DNA of 64,000 nt, from positions 8,428 through 72,427 of the IMG/VR virus record IMGVR_UViG_3300027749_000093; one strand, 5' to 3'. Shown in pieces: positions 61,833 to 64,000 of this stretch (position 1 is the stretch's first letter; the number at the start of each line of letters is the position of its first letter). This DNA is from a virus. The notes beneath the pieces are model-generated. The model saw nothing but the letters and a program-made list of their open reading frames with translations. It ran no database searches and was not told the DNA's origin. The translations under genes were made by a program, and so were the position numbers.

Positions 61833-62572
61833 CAAATTGGAACGGAATCAAAATCAGATGTTCTGCATTAGGTTCTTTGCTTACTCAGCCACAATCTAAG
61901 GCTGCAAAGGATGCCGGTGAACTTAGTGAAACAACTAAATCATACCTAGTATCTGTCTACATTGAACATAAGTATGGCAGGAAAAAAGATATACAATCTA
62001 AGTATTTAGAGAAAGGAAAGTTAGCTGAAGAAGATTCAATAGACTTGCTAAGTAAATACGAGAAAGAATTTTTACAGAAGAACGAAGATTGGCTACAAAA
62101 CGATTACATTAGCGGCACTCCTGATATTTTTAGAGGTAAAACAATCCATACAGCAACAGAGATTATAGACATTAAAACATCTTGGAATCTAGAGACTTTC
62201 CTATCTAATGTAGCCAAGCCCTTAAATCCGCATTATGTTGCCCAATTAAACGGCTATATGGCTTTATCGGGTGCTAATACTGCTTGGATATGCTACTGCC
62301 TCACATCAGCCCCTAATAGCCTCGTAGAAGACGAAAAAAGAAAGTTATTATATAGGATGAATGTTGTATCAGACGAATCTCCTGAATATAAATTAGCTTC
62401 ATTAGAATTAGATAATGACATGATATTTGAAGACATTCCAATTAATGAAAGAATATTAAAGTTTCGAGTTGATAGGGATGATGAAATGATTGAAAACATA
62501 TACCAAAAAATAAGAAAAGCTAGAGAGTTTTTAGCTGATTTTGAACATAGACATATGGATTTTAACAGGTAA
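61829..62572 (+). CDS. YqaJ/lambda-exonuclease-like PD-(D/E)XK nuclease
   Basis: IRCSALG; KGKLAEE; SGTPDI...IIDIKTSW; QLNGYM. Confidence 0.8.
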   Translation: MTNWNGIKIRCSALGSLLTQPQSKAAKDAGELSETTKSYLVSVYIEHKYGRKKDIQSKYLEKGKLAEEDSIDLLSKYEKEFLQKNEDWLQNDYISGTPDIFRGKTIHTATEIIDIKTSWNLETFLSNVAKPLNPHYVAQLNGYMALSGANTAWICYCLTSAPNSLVEDEKRKLLYRMNVVSDESPEYKLASLELDNDMIFEDIPINERILKFRVDRDDEMIENIYQKIRKAREFLADFEHRHMDFNR

Positions 62573-62597
62573 TTAACAATTTAATTTAAAAATTATT

Positions 62598-62628
62598 AAA
62601 TCTCACCCTAAAAAGTGGGATTTTTTTA
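62598..62628 (+). terminator. intrinsic terminator
   Basis: AAATCTCAC-CCTAAAAA-GTGGGATTT followed by T-tract. Confidence 0.7.
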
Positions 62629-62668
62629 TTATAAGTATTTTAAGTATATTTGAGTAAAATAAGTATAT

Positions 62669-62818
62669 ATGCCACAGGTAAGCGGAACAGTTACACAATT
62701 AATAAAGGATGAAATAAAACTAATCCAAGAAAAAGAAAAAAGAAGTGAATCACAAGTAATTTCAATATTACTAGAAAGAGCAATTAAAGAACGAAATAGA
62801 AAAAAAATAAAATGTTAA
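62669..62818 (+). CDS. ribbon-helix-helix regulator (49 aa, not in ORF track)
   Basis: MPQVSGTVTQLIKDEIKLIQEKEKRSESQVISILLERAIKERN; upstream TATATTTG promoter element. Confidence 0.6.
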   Translation: MPQVSGTVTQLIKDEIKLIQEKEKRSESQVISILLERAIKERNRKKIKC

Positions 62819-63267
62819 AAAAGGTAGTATTTAATATTAATCCACAAACAAATATAAGAACTACTCAAAATGATAGAATATTCTTTAGAATACCAAGACA
62901 ACATTTGCGACCATCAGGATTAAAAAGATTACTTAGAATAGAAAGATATAATAATTATAAACTTTCTCTTTCTGCAATAGCTAAATCTAAAAAGTTTACA
63001 CCACCTGAACAAGGAGGACATTTAATATTTTATATAAATGTTCCTAAATCATGGAGAAAAAAGAAAAAAGAATTAATGCATTTAAGATTACATCAATCAA
63101 GACCTGATTGGGATAATTTAGCTAAAGGTTTTTTTGATGCCCTAATGGTAGAAGATAAAGAAATAGCAGATGTAAGAGTAACTAAAAAATGGGTTAATGC
63201 AGAAAATGGTTGGATAGAGTTTATTTTTAATATACCTGATTTTTCTAGTAAAGACAATCTAATATGA
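62812..63267 (+). CDS. rusA: RusA-like Holliday junction resolvase
   Basis: PKSW...HQSRPDWDNLAKGFFDAL...DKEIAD. Confidence 0.8.
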   Translation: MLKKVVFNINPQTNIRTTQNDRIFFRIPRQHLRPSGLKRLLRIERYNNYKLSLSAIAKSKKFTPPEQGGHLIFYINVPKSWRKKKKELMHLRLHQSRPDWDNLAKGFFDALMVEDKEIADVRVTKKWVNAENGWIEFIFNIPDFSSKDNLI

Positions 63268-63848
63268 GTAATATTTATATACTGCATCCTAAAAATATGC
63301 AATGGCAAAGGAATATGGGAGGTATATATAAGATAACATTTGGTAATAAATATTATATAGGTAAAACAGAATTACTTAATAGAAGATTGTTTGAACATGA
63401 ATTATGTATAAAGAAATCATTTGAATATTATAAACATGGGTTAAAATATAGTGAATATGGAATGTATAAAAATTTAATTAAATATTTAATTGATAATCCA
63501 AAGATAAAAATTGGTTATATAGAATTAATCCAACCATGTTCAAACACTAAACAAATGGATTATTATGAAAGTGAAATATTATTTAATTTAAGGTATAATG
63601 ATGATTGTTTAAATGTAGGTAAATATAATATCCGTATGAATAGAAAGATTGGTGCAGAATTGCCTTCTTGCAAGATTTATGAACAATATAGGTGGTTTTA
63701 TAATCCTAAGTTAAATGTTGAGATATTTGAATTAGATGATATTACATTGTCAGGTACTCCTAAAAAGATTAATTCTAAGGTGAGTATGCTTAATGAGAAA
63801 AGAGGTATACTACAACAGTTTATTGATAAATACGATAGATTGTATTGA
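63264..63848 (+). CDS. GIY-YIG endonuclease
   Basis: GGIYKITFGNKYYIGKT...RRLFEH...E...CLN. Confidence 0.75.
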   Translation: MSNIYILHPKNMQWQRNMGGIYKITFGNKYYIGKTELLNRRLFEHELCIKKSFEYYKHGLKYSEYGMYKNLIKYLIDNPKIKIGYIELIQPCSNTKQMDYYESEILFNLRYNDDCLNVGKYNIRMNRKIGAELPSCKIYEQYRWFYNPKLNVEIFELDDITLSGTPKKINSKVSMLNEKRGILQQFIDKYDRLY

Positions 63849-64000
63849 TAATTGCAACGATGTTGCATTCTGTGAGTATTATATACGCATACAATTATTT
63901 TAAATCGTATTTTTGGCTACGCTTAATAAAATACGATTTAAAATAATTGTATGCGTATATAATACTCACAGAATGCAACATCGTTGCAATTATCAATACA
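63841..64000. repeat. perfect inverted repeat, arms of at least 73 bp with 14-nt spacer
   Basis: 63841-63913 is the exact reverse complement of 63928-64000; spacer TGGCTACGCTTAAT; may continue past window. Confidence 0.95.

Noticed and set aside
1-64000. Stop-codon reassignment as in some crAss-like phages
   Set aside because: Long genes (TerL, portal, MCP, 3073-aa protein) are intact in code 11, and TAG and TGA are used as real stops

Overview
Most or all of an AT-rich tailed phage genome infecting a Bacteroidota host (TTTG-N19/20-TAnnTTTG promoters, no Shine-Dalgarno sequences). The head and tail genes are arranged like those of crAss-like podoviruses, but no virion RNA polymerase or DNA polymerase is visible in the window. 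Layout: leftward small genes including NinG-like and DnaA-C-like proteins (1-3 kb); replication and modification genes (initiator, T7/Twinkle-type primase-helicase, SSB, DNA methyltransferase), two GroES-like genes and a ferritin (3-10 kb); tail ring and muzzle genes, ejection proteins and a 3073-aa polyvalent protein with ART-like, zincin and RelA/SpoT-like domains (10-27.5 kb); terminase, an 8-enzyme glycan biosynthesis cassette, portal, scaffold and capsid (27.5-42.5 kb); fibres and lysis genes (42.5-52.5 kb); a leftward early operon (52.7-59.3 kb); a skewed non-coding junction; recombination genes; and a perfect inverted repeat running to the window edge. The strongest candidates for undescribed biology are: (1) an RNA-processing layer on the early transcript, made of a type III hammerhead ribozyme, a structured ~300-nt leader and intergenic anticodon-less tRNA-elbow mimics; (2) fibre proteins with Sec signal peptides and dense Bacteroidota O-glycosylation sequons, in the same genome as a GDP-mannose-3,5-epimerase/glycosyltransferase cassette; (3) the injected polyvalent protein carrying an alarmone-synthetase-like domain. 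All protein calls come from motif recognition by eye; no database searches were run.
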